From: Lama guanicoe
Lineage: Eukaryota
Assembly (NCBI GenBank): GCA_013239625.1
Contig: MU053758.1
Span: 310,001 to 374,000, forward strand
Reading direction: 5' to 3'
Length of the DNA: 64,000 bases
Made by a program: the position numbers and the translations under genes. Under the pieces are notes generated by a model, which saw only the letters and a list, made by a program, of their open reading frames with translations, was not told the DNA's origin and did not search any database. Shown in pieces: positions 62,001 through 64,000 of the stretch (positions are counted from its first letter, which is position 1; the number at the start of each line of letters is the position of its first letter).

Positions 62001-64000
62001 AAAAAGTATATATGTGTAACTGAATCAATTTGCTGTACAGAAGAAACCAATGCAACATTGTAAATCAGCTATACTTTGAATAAATAAATTTAAAGTGTAT
62101 GTCCATAGAAAAACTTGTGCACAAATGTTTATGGCAGCTTATTCATCCTAGCCCCAAAGTGGAAACACCCCAAATTTCCATCAACTGATGAATGGTTAAA
62201 TAAAGCATAGCGTACCCATACAGTGGAATATTAGTTGGTTATAAAAAGGAATGAAGTACTGATAAATTTTACAACATTGAATTAACTTGAAAACATTATG
62301 CTTAGTGACAGAAGCCAGGCACAAAAGTCATATATTATGTGATTCTATTTATATAGAATGTGTCTAGAATAGGCAAATATATAGACAGAAAGTAGATTAG
62401 TGGTTGCCAGGGGCTGGGCTGAAGGAGGAGTGATTGCTAACAGGGTATGGGGTTTCTTCTAAAAGTGATGAAAATGTTCCAAACTTGATTGTGGTGCTGA
62501 TTGCCCAACTCTGTGAATAAACTAAAAACCGTTGAATTGCATGCTTTGAATGGGTAAATTGTATCGTTACATGAATTATGAAAAAATTTACAGAGATTTA
62601 AAACTACATATTTTAGGTTGCACAACTATGTGAATGTACTTAATGCCACTGGTTTGTACGTCTAAAAATCGTTAAAATTGTAAACTTTGTTATGTACATT
62701 TTACCACAATTTTAATACTGTATGTGTATCACAGAACACACACAGATACACAAACTACAGTAGGAGAAAATATATCCAAGTGATATGTAAGTACTTTTTA
62801 ATGGCGTATCACAACTTCTAGCCAGAGAGAGAGGAACTGAATGATCTGAAAAATGTATCTTTGAACAATGGTTTCCTCTGGGTTTTTAGGTTACAAGGTA
62901 ACAGATGCCTTAATTAATCTATTTTTTACTTTTTTGCATTTTCTAAATTGTATATAATGAACATACATTACATTTACTTTGACAAATCAATTATATAAAT
63001 TAACAATAAAAAGATACCTTTTGGTTCAAGGTTATAAAAAGAATGAGTGTAGAGAGAGAAGTCTAAGGAGGGAGGTTTAGGCACCCCAATATGAAGAGAT
63101 CAGGGAAATGAGAGGAGCAAGCAAAGGAGTCTTAGAAGGAATGGCTAGTGAAATAGGGGGATAGTTAAGGCAAAGTGGGGTCTTGAATGTAAAACGAAGA
63201 AAGTGTTTCAAGGAAGGAGTGACCAACTGTCTCTACTGCTGCTGAGAGATCAATCAGATGAGAACTAGACTTGACTTCTGAATTTAGCCATCTGGAGGTC
63301 ATTGGTGAACTTAACAAGAGTCATTTTGTGGATTGGTAGGAGTGAAAGATGAATAGAGTGTATTTAAGAACATAGTTACTTGCCACCATTTTAAGTGGCT
63401 GTTTAATGAAAACTTACTTTGGAAATTGGTAATTAAAATAAATAAGCATTTGTCTTGCCTTTCGAGTGGGAACTGCAGTTTAGAATAATCAAGTAGATTG
63501 AGTTGATAATGAAAAACCTTCTGGAGTAATCTAGAATTTCAACATCATCATTCTGCAAACCCTATGAGATTATTCAGTCAAAGATTATGAATTGGTTTAG
63601 AACCATCAGGAGGAGCAGATAGGGAACTGGACATCATGTAGTGCCAGAGTAACAGCACGCAGGTTACTTTCTAGTTACAATTTATAATAAAGAGATTAGG
63701 CTGTCCCTACCCTGAACCAGTGTCCAATAGTGCTGTCACATCAGTATCACCAGATATTGTGTTTTATGATGAGATGCAATATGAAATATACATCATTTAT
63801 CATAAATTTACTCAAAGTCATTTACCTGGAAACCATTAAGCCTTTAGATCTAACTTTCAGTTTATAAGAAATTCAAAAGATAGAGGAACAAATAAAACAA
63901 TACCACGAGGGAGCAACCAGACAAACACAGAACGTAGGACATCTGGATTAATGCCTTTCATAAGTTAGTGTCATGAAAAAGGCGATTGTGACCAGATGCA

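Larger units (their letters stand above)
57580..62590 (+). mobile_element. Large degenerate L1 (ORF1 end, ORF2 EN/RT remnants, 3'UTR) with multiple nested younger insertions
   Basis: ORF2 motifs: atagatgcagaaaaagcatttgacaaagtccaacatcc ([13 protein letters not shown]) and tttgcagatgacatgatc (FADDMI); many stops and frameshifts. Confidence 0.92.

Overview
Mammalian genomic DNA covering the conserved GIP–SNF8–UBE2Z–ATP5MC1 block. It is most likely from a camelid, judged from many short tRNA-derived SINEs resembling the camelid Vic-1 type. Four complete spliced genes were rebuilt by hand with consistent GT-AG phases: GIP (+, 138 aa), SNF8 (+, 258 aa), UBE2Z (-, 356 aa) and ATP5MC1 (-, 136 aa). 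The flanks and introns are rich in L1, L2, SINE, MaLR and hAT elements, many with readable target-site duplications (TSDs). The most unusual object is a PHB2 retrocopy at ~52.3-53.1 kb that appears semi-processed. Its downstream exons are spliced and polyadenylated, but coding similarity stops exactly at an exon start preceded by a U12-like branch site and scaRNA-like boxes. Other highlights are a GIP(1-42) variant with Gly34, a 7-codon shortening of the GIP C-peptide, a dense AP-1/ARE cluster upstream of GIP, a candidate UBE2Z poison exon and a polyadenylated LTR fragment apparently mobilised by L1. Comparisons with other species and repeat-family names come from memory, not from searches.
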